Origin: Oopsacas minuta | Taxonomy: Eukaryota; Animalia; Porifera | Length of the DNA stretch: 63,515 nt | Direction of reading: 5' to 3' | Assembly: GCA_024704765.1 (NCBI GenBank) | Contig: JAKMXF010000039.1 | Span: forward strand, 1 to 63,515 | Part shown: one piece after another, positions 52,564 to 63,515 of the stretch | Layout of the letters: each line of letters begins with the position of its first letter | How positions within the stretch are numbered: position 1 is the first letter of the stretch | The notes under the pieces: generated by a model | Database searches by the model: none | Told to the model about the DNA's origin: nothing | What the model saw: the letters and a program-made list of their open reading frames with translations, nothing else | Translations under genes and position numbers: made by a program

Positions 52564-52937
52564 CCTTTCTTTCAGTTGAGCAAACCAATTGGAACTTGTT
52601 GGTTTTGGGTCCAAGTATATCTTTAGAAATGATGAATTGAACAAGCAAAAAATACTGACACATTTCAATGATGTTATCAAACGTATTTGATCAATAAAAT
52701 CTGGGAACGTCATACAATTCTCGGGATTAGACTCTAAGATTCCAACAAGGATAGAAGATAAAAGTAGTCTAAAGTGAGCAAATGATGAGATGTAGTCGGG
52801 AAGACTTGTCTCCCAAAAGATTTTCCCATTTTGTTCATTTTGAGAGGCAGAAATAACTCCTGATCTCTTTTCACCAGTCATTCGAAACATTGTTTGTTGA
52901 TCCAAACGTCCCAAATATGGACGGAAAGGCAGCCTAC
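52564..52937 (-). CDS. TBK1: TBK1/IKK-epsilon kinase, third coding exon (kinase C-lobe end and start of the ubiquitin-like domain)
   Basis: Acceptor ttttcttttttgatatttgtttgcaatctag| with phase-1 entry: (G)RLPFRPYLGRLDQQTMFRMTGEKRSGVISASQNEQNGKIFW...LLSSILVGILESNPENCMTFPDFIDQI...SIFCLFNSSFLKIYLDPK. Aligns by eye with human TBK1 GSLPFRP...GKPSGAISGVQ...NGPIDW...LANILE...HVFSL...KIYI. The 3' end at donor AGG|GTAATT is less certain. Confidence 0.88.
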
Positions 52938-53095
52938 CTAGATTGCAAACAAATATCAAAAAAGAAAAGTCATCAAATACATTGGCTAGATGTGCGGATC
53001 TGGTCCATTCAACAAAAAGACAAGATATCAGTTAGAATGTATTAAAGAACAACCTAAAATACAATACACAACCGACTACAGTAGATATCGATTAC

Positions 53096-53606
53096 TAGGG
53101 CATTCAATAAGTTTCGCGGGTGATATCATAGAATATGATACAAACACTATACACACTAATTCACTATATTATCTATTCAAAGTAATCCCTTCCTGCAGAT
53201 ACACAAAGTTTTAACCTCTCCACCCACTTGTGAACACATTTTTGTACTCTCCTTTGGGGATGGATTTGAAGTACTGGTACAGGCCTGTTCTGAGTGCTTG
53301 TGATTTGCTAAAATATTTGCCTTGAAAGTGATTTTAAGCTTGGGGTATAGCCAAAATCACAAGGAGCTAGGTCAGGTTAGTATGGTGAATGGGAAGTAAT
53401 TCTAACCCCTCTGCATCCAAGAAATCTTTGGTTAGCTTAACTGTGGGGAATGTTGAAATCATCATACTTTGAATGCATAAATTGAACAGTAAGTATCAAT
53501 TGACTACACGTAACTATCTCAAAAATTCATAATTTGTATTGAATAAGCTTGAAACCTTCAGTATATAGAGTTTAACTATATGTGCTTATAATATATGAAA
53601 GTTAGA
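53096..53606 (-). mobile_element. Internally deleted mariner (same family as 42219 and 51494)
   Basis: 53097-53290 matches 42219-42427, and 53497-53606 is the reverse complement of 51552-51663. Confidence 0.8.
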
Positions 53607-54446
53607 TACCGTAAACTGGGGCTACTTTGGCCCACTAGGTTTGCTTTAGCCCAAATATTGAAATTTGCTTACGTATCGAATAGATATTGTATTTGTATTC
53701 GAAATTGTCTACCGATATTTGAAAATTCGTTAAAAATTCGGCAAGTCATTTTCAAGCATAATACTGAATCTAATCTAGTTTCTTCGAAACTTTGATATTT
53801 GGGCTAANGATTTAGTATATGTAAGTATAATTGTGGCGATAATACAGATTCATTTACCTATTTCCCCATTATGGCCATTTTGCCACACTGTGCATTATAT
53901 ACTATTATGATTTGGAAATACCTCTACAGGGAATTCTCCAGAATCCTATCAAAGGAACATATTACCGTAAAATATATGCATTTGTAAAGATAGAGATAAG
54001 AGATTAGGTGTATAAAGCAGAGCTTAAGTATACTACAGTTTTGTAATAGAAAAACCCATACCCTCATTCGAAGAGGTGAGTCTTCATTAATCAGAAAATG
54101 ATCTTACTTACAAGATAGAAGAGCTAATACAAAAAAACTATACTATTATTTTCATAGTTTAGTAGTATATCCTAGGGTAGATGCTGACATGTAGAATATA
54201 GCAACATCTACCTCAGAAAAGTACACATTATTATTATCATGCTATACGCCCAGGATTTCCGTGAGTATGGGAAAGGGAATCAATTTCTTGCTATAGGATA
54301 ACTAATGGGAATGCACATGAGGAAAACCCCTTGGAATTGTCATATGGGAAAACCTATGGGAATTCCATTGATGAAACCTTGGATTCCCATGTATTCTCTA
54401 TACCATCCCAAGTCATTCTCTTGAGGGAATTAATTCATATTTTCAG

Positions 54447-54503
54447 GATTGCCAGCCGAATGGGTATCGTTTTCTCTCTAAGGGAATTGAATTCCATACC
54501 CAC
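54447..54503 (+). CDS. Candidate small exon (DCQPNGYRFLSKGIEFHTH), possibly a ubiquitin-like-domain segment
   Basis: ttttcag| acceptor and |gtaaag donor, phase 0-0. P/R/G spacing matches ubiquitin GIPPDQQRLIFAGKQL. However, it lies inside a probable MITE (about 54259-54505), so the match may be chance. Confidence 0.25.
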
Positions 54504-55382
54504 GTAAAGCCTGTATTTCCTAGTAAATATTAAATGGCTTGATATAGATAAAAGGTATTTTAGGGTTCTGAAATGCAAGTGTAAAGACACTAATACTTTC
54601 CGATAAAACATATTAGTTCAGTCAATCTCTTGGTTCGACCTTGAAGTAAATATTACACTACCATGTTTTTTCACAGATCACTATTTGCTATCTGTAAAAA
54701 TATCAAAAAAGTTCACGAAAACCCATCATCAATAACTTGGTATTTTGCCACTTTTGGACACATTTTAAAGATTAGAAATTCATATAACGCCTTGAGTTTA
54801 AATGGGAATAACTTTACAAGTGATATCCGTGATTAGAGAAGGACTTCACGAAGTCAAATGATTTATTGTTAATATTCATAAAAAAAAAAACAAATAGTAG
54901 ATGTAGAGACTTGCTGTTAACGACAACAATGGGGTAACAAAGTAACTAAATTCGAATTTTGTACTTTCAAGTTCCTAATATGTAAATATATTGTTGGTTT
55001 CATGAAAATATAGTAAACAAATATTTGAAATATATATGAATTCACTCTGCAATTTTAAAAATTACTAAAATCGAGGTACAAATGCCGAGTCCATGCTAAC
55101 ACAAAGTTTTTGCAAGGCGCGCATCGCGGAAGCGGATAGTTTATTATAAAGGATTATTATAATAAATCAGGTGACAGGCAATTCAAAGAGAATTACAAGT
55201 GCTCGATAAATAAGCTGGCTTGGTAGAAATAGCAATCAAATCCCTAACTTGTGGGCTTAATTAAGAAATAATCTCCAAAATATGAACGTAAACAACAAAA
55301 TAGTTGCATAATGCTTTTGCCATAAGAAATAACAAACATGAAAAATAATATATTTCTCTAATCTTATCGTTATTGAAGAAAG

Positions 55383-55503
55383 GTTAGCCAAGATTTGAAT
55401 GAGCTGAGTCATCATCGAATGTTGCCACATTCGCCAGTTGTCAAGGAAACGTCTTTCAAAATATACCCTTATGAGCCCTCAAACTTCAAGAAATTCCTGA
55501 TAG
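55383..55503 (+). CDS. Candidate orphan exon (VSQDLNELSHHRMLPHSPVVKETSFKIYPYEPSNFKKFLI-G)
   Basis: 40 open codons plus 1 nt ending at a strong donor AG|GTGAGA. The acceptor is weak (gaagaaag|) and no family is recognised. Confidence 0.3.
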
Positions 55504-55969
55504 GTGAGAGAAATTAAAATATATAAGCAAAAAAGACCATTAGAGAAATTGCAAAGTTAGAGATATATACAGAAGTTTGGGGTAAAAATCAGCAAGCATA
55601 AGGGAAATCGATATTTCAGGAAAGGATTAACATAAAAAAAGGTCAATTAAAAATAGATAGGGACAATTTACTGTCATTGTGGCAACACAAAAAAATTTTC
55701 CAAGTTTTTATCAAATCTCAAGATAAAAACCCTTAAGACACCAAATATTAACACCAGATAGAGATAATAACTACAAATATTTGAGGATAGGACAGTGCCT
55801 CTCAACGTCCGACATCGCATTCCTCCCTTAGCGACCCCAGGTTCTTCCATAGCCTTCCTATCTTTGATAAGGGGCTATTCGAGAGAATCAGGTCTTGACT
55901 AATGGATGTTGAATATTGTAGTTTGCTTGTTCGATTGAATTTGTATATTATGATCAAATGTTCTTATGT

Positions 55970-56150
55970 CGAACTTTGATCGAATGATGAAAAGAGCAAA
56001 TTTGATCGAAGTTCCACTAAATTGTTTTCAGTCGAACTTTGATCGAAAAGTGACAACTTGGAAGGAAAATGGGGAAATTTGATTGAAACACCGTGAACTT
56101 GATCGAAAAACGAGAACTTTGAACGAAAAATGAGAGCTTTGATCGAAAAA
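55970..56150. repeat. Imperfect tandem GAACTTTGATCGAA motifs
   Basis: About seven spaced copies are visible. Confidence 0.7.
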
Positions 56151-56650
56151 ATGTCGTGCTCCACGACACCACAATATTCATATTGCCTATCCTGATTCCT
56201 TGAGCTGAAAAAAATGTCCAGCCGATAGGCTGGAAGTGCAGCTAAAGGTTGTATTTGTTATTATTAGGGGGGTACCCCTTGACCTCTCATGTAATGCCAA
56301 AAAATGCACCGAACTCGACTGATTTCAATTTGAAATATGTGCAAAAAAGGTGTGAAAATATTACAAATATAGACTTGAAAATGTCAATAATGAAAATTAC
56401 ATCCTCGATTACCCCATACTAGCAGTTAAATCGAAATATCTAGCATGATTTGAATAATATGCAAAAGTTGTGAAATTATTGAAGTTATTCGTCGGGTGTG
56501 TTCTCCTCCTTTGCCAATCGATCGGACACCAAGTGCCACTATTTCGCACCTTTCGAAAGAGAAAATAATCCACACTTTTGTACTCTTCAAGAAATTATTA
56601 ACTGGTTATAGGTTTTTGTTGAAACTAAATGAAAAATATTCATTTTATAG

Positions 56651-59038
56651 CACGATGTTATCGGGAATAATTCTATTTTGTCCTCAGATCTAAAATATCA
56701 TTTGTGAAATAACGCAGGTCAACACATTATCACTTATTATTCTCAAAAAGCAAAAATAGGCATTTTCTAGATTACTTTTTGTGCTGATTTCAAAACTGCC
56801 ATTCATTCCTCTCTAACAAGTATACATTTTTTATATTCTAGCTTGAAATTTTCGAATTCAATTTCGAAATATTACATATTATATTGTGCTTAATTAATGC
56901 TAAGAGTTGTTCAACTAACTAATGTTACTTATTATTAGAGTCTCAATGTGAATATTCAATAATGAATTGAGTATCAAATTAGAATCCAACTATCTTGCAA
57001 TAGGAAATTGAAAGATTTTCACATTTGTGAGACATATACGTTGAATAAACAAAAAGAAAAATTTTGAAGACGTCAAAAACGTTGAGAGTAAGAATTTCCT
57101 TTGTAAACTTTATTGGGTTCATCCCTGTATAACATCCAGTAATAGTCCGCCATCATTCTGTCATTCCAGAAACCTTGATAGTGATTTTCCATTCTGACAA
57201 TGCCTTGGTGAAATAGTTCGCCCTGTTCATCGCTTACAGCACCAAGGTTTTCTGGAAAGAAATCAAGATGGGAGTGGAAAAAGTGTAATTTCAATGACAT
57301 ACTGTATCACACGTTTTCATATGATTGAATTAAGTTTTCACTCCCTCTATATAATTTGTTGACTTCATATTACCCAAAAAGTTTTCACAAATCCATTAGA
57401 AAGATTTCCAAGTTGTGAATTCCTTAGCGGAAAGTATATTGTCAAACTCTTCATCTTTGAGAACTTCCCGAATTTGTGGTCCAATAAATACACCCTCTTT
57501 AAGCTTAGCATCACTTAGTTTGGGAAATTTCTCCACAATATAGCGAAATCCTGTAGAATTTGTTCTACCCATTGTTTGACGAAAGTTTTCATCAATCCAA
57601 GTTATATATGAAGTGGTGGCAAAACGATATTATTCGGATCTACTAATGGTGTATATTCAATATGGATGTTTCTACTCCATAATATGTTCTCTTGAGCCAA
57701 TCACGCTTTTTGTAATGATCTATTGTTGCACAACTGTCCCATAAACAAAGAAAGTAACAATATCTGGTAAATCCTTGTTGCAATCCTATTAACAGACCAA
57801 TGACCTTAAGATCCCACATATATTCCACCTGTGCTCTATATTTGATCGCAACCAAAACCTCTTCCAGGTTTATATAGGACTCTTAAAGATGTACAGAGTG
57901 AGCAATTGGAATCGCAGGATTTTTACTTCCGTTATGCAATAAAACGGCTTTCAAGCTACGTTTCGATGAATCAATATATAGACGCCAATCAGAAATGAAT
58001 GTTCCTGTGACAATCTAGAAAACAGACTTCAATATCGTTAGAATTACAGAGAGGACCATCAACTGTAAAATATTGAGCCAAATCAAAATTTGGTTTACGG
58101 TAGTGGGACATTATAACATTCTTGTTGAGTAAATTCTTTTGTTGAAGCTTTGATGCAAGAAAATTTGCCTTTTCTTTCGACAGATCAAGATCCTTGACAA
58201 GGTCATTCAATTCACCTTCTGTGAAGGTTTAGGGTGCTAAATTACTATCTTCAGGGACGTATTCTGAAGCAATAGAAGATTCGTTCATTGAATATGACAA
58301 AGTATCTCCATCATCAGAAAGAGAATCTAATCCCTATAACGTAGGAGTAGGGACAGGCAAGGAGACATCGTGAGAAACTGATCTGCGAGCAGATTCCGAA
58401 TCTGGGTAAATAATTTTATGTTGATTTTCATCGAAAACCCAGTTGTATTTACGATGCAAAAAAGCAATCATTGTAGTGATTCTTTGGTTCCCTCCAAACC
58501 ATTGGTAATGCAAAAAGCATTGAAGTTTTTCTTTTGTTCACCCAATCACGTAAGCCACTAGAACAAGCAGAACAAATCGCATGTGACGCCCACATCTTAT
58601 CTTGGTCACCTAAAGGGCAATCAAAATAGTGGCTATATACTCTCTTGAGGTCATTTGTTGTGGTACGTCGTGATTTTAAACAAAAGGAGCCACAAACATA
58701 GCAAAACTGTCTGGTGTATTGATACATTTACGATGCATTATGAAAGAACAGATTGATTGAATCAAAAAAGGGAAAGAATAGAGCTAGTAAAGTGGGATAT
58801 ATTGCATAAATAGACAAATTGTGTTACTTTGCTATTGTAAAATTTTAAAATATTTAGAATTATATTATTGAAAAATAATGGAATAATATGGTTGGATATT
58901 ATGAAAAAGCTACAAGTGATAGATGTAAACGGAGAGCAGATTTGAAATCTGGACAAAAAATCACGTTAGAAAATCATTTATGATCTGTGATGAAAAACAT
59001 TTGTAAATTTACATTACTCTCGCCAGTATCACGAAGTG
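56651..59038 (-). mobile_element. Chapaev3-type transposon with decayed transposase (57073-58745)
   Basis: N-terminal FCYVCG...YF.CPLGDQDK.W..HAICSAC...PMVWREPKNHYNDCFF; DLKVIGLLIGLQQGFTRYC.FLCLWDS; MSLKLHFFHSHLDFFPENLGAVSDEQGELFHQ...YQG.W...MMADY.W.L. Termini CAC...GTG; end positions are approximate. Confidence 0.85.
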
Positions 59039-59553
59039 CCCTGAGTAAATAACCATGGTCTAAGGATAATACGGGAAAGATATTCAACATTTTAAAAAGA
59101 AGCTTGTAAAGTTTGGTTACAGTTTTAACCATCAACAAAATGCTGTTTCAAAAATTTATGCTAGTTAATGTTTAAGGTATGAATTTATGTGGAATTCAGT
59201 TGGTCATGGTTACGCAAAGCATAGTTACATATTTTCCCCAATGGGAAGAAAATAATATTGTTTAATATTAAATTAAAAATCATAAGAACATGCTTAAGAA
59301 ATTGGCATTTGAAGAATATTAGGAAATTGGTACTATTGAATAACACAACTCAACAAGATTTCTCATCAGAGATCACATACATTTATCTTAGCATACTTTT
59401 GAATGCTGAACTCGAATCTGCAATCAGAATTTCTCTAGCACGTCTAGCTATTCTGAAATCCAATATCCATTTTTTCAATAGTATAGTATTACCTAGTTAC
59501 TAAATTGCTATATAAGCATGCCTATTTTGATTCAATTATCTGGAATATAAATG

Positions 59554-60219
59554 NNNNNNNNNNNNNNNNNNNNNNNNNNNNNNNNNNNNNNNNNNNNNNN
59601 NNNNNNNNNNNNNNNNNNNNNNNNNNNNNNNNNNNNNNNNNNNNNNNNNNNNNNNNNNNNNNNNNNNNNNNNNNNNNNNNNNNNNNNNNNNNNNNNNNNN
59701 NNNNNNNNNNNNNNNNNNNNNNNNNNNNNNNNNNNNNNNNNNNNNNNNNNNNNNNNNNNNNNNNNNNNNNNNNNNNNNNNNNNNNNNNNNNNNNNNNNNN
59801 NNNNNNNNNNNNNNNNNNNNNNNNNNNNNNNNNNNNNNNNNNNNNNNNNNNNNNNNNNNNNNNNNNNNNNNNNNNNNNNNNNNNNNNNNNNNNNNNNNNN
59901 NNNNNNNNNNNNNNNNNNNNNNNNNNNNNNNNNNNNNNNNNNNNNNNNNNNNNNNNNNNNNNNNNNNNNNNNNNNNNNNNNNNNNNNNNNNNNNNNNNNN
60001 NNNNNNNNNNNNNNNNNNNNNNNNNNNNNNNNNNNNNNNNNNNNNNNNNNNNNNNNNNNNNNNNNNNNNNNNNNNNNNNNNNNNNNNNNNNNNNNNNNNN
60101 NNNNNNNNNNNNNNNNNNNNNNNNNNNNNNNNNNNNNNNNNNNNNNNNNNNNNNNNNNNNNNNNNNNNNNNNNNNNNNNNNNNNNNNNNNNNNNNNNNNN
60201 NNNNNNNNNNNNNNNNNNN
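59554..60219. other. Assembly gap (run of N)
   Basis: 666 consecutive N. The track ORFs spanning it are artefacts. Confidence 1.
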
Positions 60220-60900
60220 GAAATATTCCTTCTAATTTGGAATTAAAAAAGTTAGTCCAATCTTTTGAAAGTATAACACAATCACCCACGATTCTAGTAA
60301 TATTTTCCCATTCTATAAAGTTAAGTAAAAAGCTATTCGTGCTTTGTTCCATAGTGGTGGACTCGTCAATGATTACCTCATTCAGAATATCACCATCATC
60401 TAGGGTTGGGACAAGTGACACATAATTAACGTTATATTTATCGATGACAACACTAGTTTCTGAGTGACCAATATCAAGTGCAAGTTTAGATAACATGTTT
60501 GGACTGTGAATCAACCAACAACGGAATTTTTGAAGAGTTAACCGTGCCTAGTTTTTCTGACAGAGTTGAATGAAATGAAAGTATTAGATCCATATTTTCT
60601 CGAATGGATAAAGCAAAGTTAAGAAATTCCTCGAGTTGTGCAATTGTGAAAATGAGATAAGAATTTCCAAATAATCCAAAATTCGACAGTTGATATTGCC
60701 AACTAATATGAATGCTTCTAATAAGCAACTATCTCTCTTAACAATCCTGATGCTTCTTAGGTGCTCATATAGAAATTCATTAAATTTTTTGCACTCCTCA
60801 TATATTATCCCATTAATGAGCATGAACTCGCCACTAATACGTGGACATGCTGACCCTAAAAATTTCAGTGGATCTAATGTCCAAAAGAGAGTCGGTAACC
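60220..60900 (-). pseudogene. Possible transposon-derived ORF remnant (NOF-FB-like, tentative)
   Basis: FIEWENITRIVGDCVILSKDWTNFFNSKLEGI recalls a 'L...WT..F...L' motif of NOF-FB-type proteins. This is a weak by-eye match. Confidence 0.3.
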
Positions 60901-61337
60901 TCACTCTGAGGAGGAGAAGAAGAGAGGGTATTCCTCAAACTATATAGTTCAGGTTGTTCGCAACCAGATGCCAATAAACCTAAGAATTTGCTATTTGAAA
61001 CTTCCCGCTACAAGCTATCTACACTAAAATCTGTTTCTAAATGACTACTACTAATATTACTAGGATCTAAACTATTAACATAAATACTATCTGAATCTAA
61101 CCTGGTGCTAACGTGTTCTACAGCCAACTGGAATATATAAGTATCGGAATCGCTATTCAACTTACGGCTGTTACCTTTCATACTTTGTTTTACATAATCC
61201 TGAAAATGATTGCGAGTTAGTTTTCATTTTAAGTAGAGAGGAGCACGTGTGTTTGGCTTATTCTTATTGAATATGAGAATGGACAACTTTCCCCATACTG
61301 ACTTCGCCCTTCGCCTGTCTCCGTTATCCAAGGCTAC

Positions 61338-61427
61338 CTTAAGTTTATCAAAATCATTGTAGCCGAGTTGGGTAATTGCAGTTACAAAGTGTCCCAGAGA
61401 TGTCATGGTTGGAAGTAAGAACACAAT
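61338..61427 (-). CDS. Candidate orphan exon (IVFLLPTMTSLGHFVTAITQLGYNDFDKLK)
   Basis: ctttttggcatag| acceptor, AAG|GTAGCC donor, 90 nt, phase 0-0, inside the track ORF 61224..61424. No homology recognised. Confidence 0.25.
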
Positions 61428-62059
61428 CTATGCCAAAAAGAACGACTAATTTTCTTACACATTTGCATATAACTACAGTCAACTCCCCTTAAATTGGAAA
61501 CAAGGAACCGAAATAATTACTTTTATCCATGCGGATTTCGAAATAACCGATGACATTTATGTTTCTTTAACGATTTGTGACTATATTTGTATTATTTCAG
61601 ACTTCGATATAGCGAGGATTTCTAAATACCCATGTTCGATATACCGGAGTTGACTGTGTAACATTACAAAATTAACTAAGAAAGATACTGACATGGAGCT
61701 GCATGCATTTGTCAGAATTTTGAACTTTTCCTTTGTCAGAATAATTGAAGTTGGCATTTGACAGAATAGACTTTTGAAATGGTATCCAATTAGGATTTTG
61801 TAAGAATTCATATTTCTGCCACATTTAAAATTTGTTAGCTATTCTTCACCTCGAGAAGCTAATATGTTGTATAACAATCAATTTGTTATCTATGTTGGTG
61901 TCAACAATTTATTGTGAAGGATAAGGTTACACTACTGTGTAAATGCAAACACTACTTGACAATGGGATTGACTAATATAAATCCTAATTCGAATTACCCG
62001 AGGTATAATCGAAAATGGAATTCACAATACAGGAGTATAAACGTCCACTAGGTAAAGTT

Positions 62060-63300
62060 GTTACAACTCCAGATGGATACAACTATGTTCATTCAAAGAT
62101 TATCGAAGATTGTATCTATCTTAAATGCGCTTTATTCAGGTGTGGGAGCAAAGGAACAAGTAAACTAAATCGTTCGTGAAATTTAGTCATTCCGATGAAT
62201 TCACATATACATAGTGTTGATGATTATGATGCTGAGTTTTACCAGCTCAAGACAAGATGCAAAACTCTCGCTAAACGTTCACAAACGAATTTTAGGGAAG
62301 TATCCGATGATGCAACCAGAAAGAATCCACATGCAGCTGATATCTCAATTGTGGAATGCGAGTCAGTAATGTATCGCGCGAGAAGGACACTTCAACTCAA
62401 AATCCCTTCTTCTGCTGCAGAGTTCTGTGAAATGTTAGCGACTTCCACTTTTAAAGATTATTATAAATTTTCGGTATCACAGGGAATTCAAACAGCCGTA
62501 ATATTCTATTCAGATGAAATGATCACATTACTTAATGAGGCATAGAACATCCAGTTTGATGGTACCTATCAAACTGTCCCCATTCAGTTTTATCAACTAT
62601 GGACAATATTAGTCGCTGTTGGTAGACATAGGATGCCTGCAATCCACTGTCTACTTAAGTGTAAGAGTCAAGAACTATACTAGGCTATTTTGAGAGATCT
62701 AGTCTTACATGTGCCTCAATTTCAACCAATTGCATCCATGTCTGATTGGCAATCTGCTGCTCGGTACGCTTTTAGAGAATTTTATCCTCAAATGAAAGGA
62801 TATGAGTGCTGGTTCGACTGCATGCAAAGAATTTGGGCGAAAACTCAGAAATTGGGACAGAGTCAGAGTTTTAAGAACAACGCACATATCGCCAAGTTTA
62901 TACTACAACTAATGGCTATTCCTTTTTTGCCTGCTGCTCTGATCGCCCTTACATTTACTTTGATCGAAATTCCTGCAGTATCAACTGAAGACGTGCCGAG
63001 AATAGAAAATTTATATATTTCAAGAAGCGTTGGCTTCATCAAATATCCCCTAAGAACTCTCCTTACATGATATTACTATCTCTACGAACAACGGGGCAGA
63101 GAGTTATCACTCCAAATTAAGACAAGGATCAGATGCAACCAACCTCGAATATGGACTTTCATAACAAAGCTCAATGAGATAATTCAGGACACTGATGATG
63201 ACATTCGTCGCCTGATCAAGGAAGAAAATTAGCAGGCAGAGAAGTAAAAGCGATATAAGGAATTAAGCATAAAGGATTGTTTTCAACCAAAACTTAGTGA
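62060..63300 (+). pseudogene. MULE transposase pseudogene with FLYWCH-like N-terminus
   Basis: GYNYVHSKIIEDCIYLKC...HIH; IQFDGTYQTVPIQFYQLWTI; MPAIHCLLKCKSQELY; MSDWQSAARYAFREFYP....ECWFDCMQRIW. Stops are present. Confidence 0.88.
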
Positions 63301-63515
63301 TGGACAAATAAATCCATCGGAGTTTCTTCAATCGATGAGTCACACTGTTGGAACATCAAAACTATCTCTCCATCAAGTAAATCAGAATTTCCTGAAGGTG
63401 AAGATGAAGGTGATGATCGTATCTCCGATCAGATCATCTACTCCGAAAATGGGTGTCAACCGTGACGGTCTTGATGAGTCTTTACCAGCTTGTCCGAGAT
63501 GGTCTCGTGCGAGGA

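Noticed and set aside
51552-53606. Inverted repeats flanking TBK1 exon 3 as an invertible cassette
   Set aside because: They are two oppositely oriented copies of one mariner family, separated by an N break; there is no evidence of recombination between them.
59505-60514. Long ORFs of 231-330 aa in the track
   Set aside because: They are artefacts of translating the N gap.

Overview
AT-rich eukaryotic (animal-like) draft scaffold, not a prokaryotic region: no rRNA, tRNA, CRISPR or operons are recognisable. It consists of about 12 short blocks separated by single N characters (10174, 16243, 21969, 28120, 32546, 40649, 42428, 47194, 51785, 53808) and one long N gap (59554-60219). Most of it is nested, mostly decayed DNA transposons: Tc1/mariner, Tc3-like, Tigger/pogo, several hAT families, Merlin (ISXO2-type), Mutator-like, two Chapaev-type elements with RAG1/Transib-like catalytic motifs, and many MITEs. 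One host gene is clear, a TBK1/IKK-epsilon kinase with three phase-compatible exons (39389-39772, 45431-45689, 52564-52937). All three are on the minus strand but lie in the wrong linear order for one cis-spliced transcript, each in a different N-delimited block. An independent transposon junction (a split TATTAG target-site duplication plus a diagnostic G-run) also shows blocks out of order, so mis-ordered or mis-oriented scaffolding is the leading explanation. Real exon scrambling or tandem paralogues cannot be excluded without reads. The host taxon cannot be determined from the sequence; a non-bilaterian such as a sponge is only a guess.
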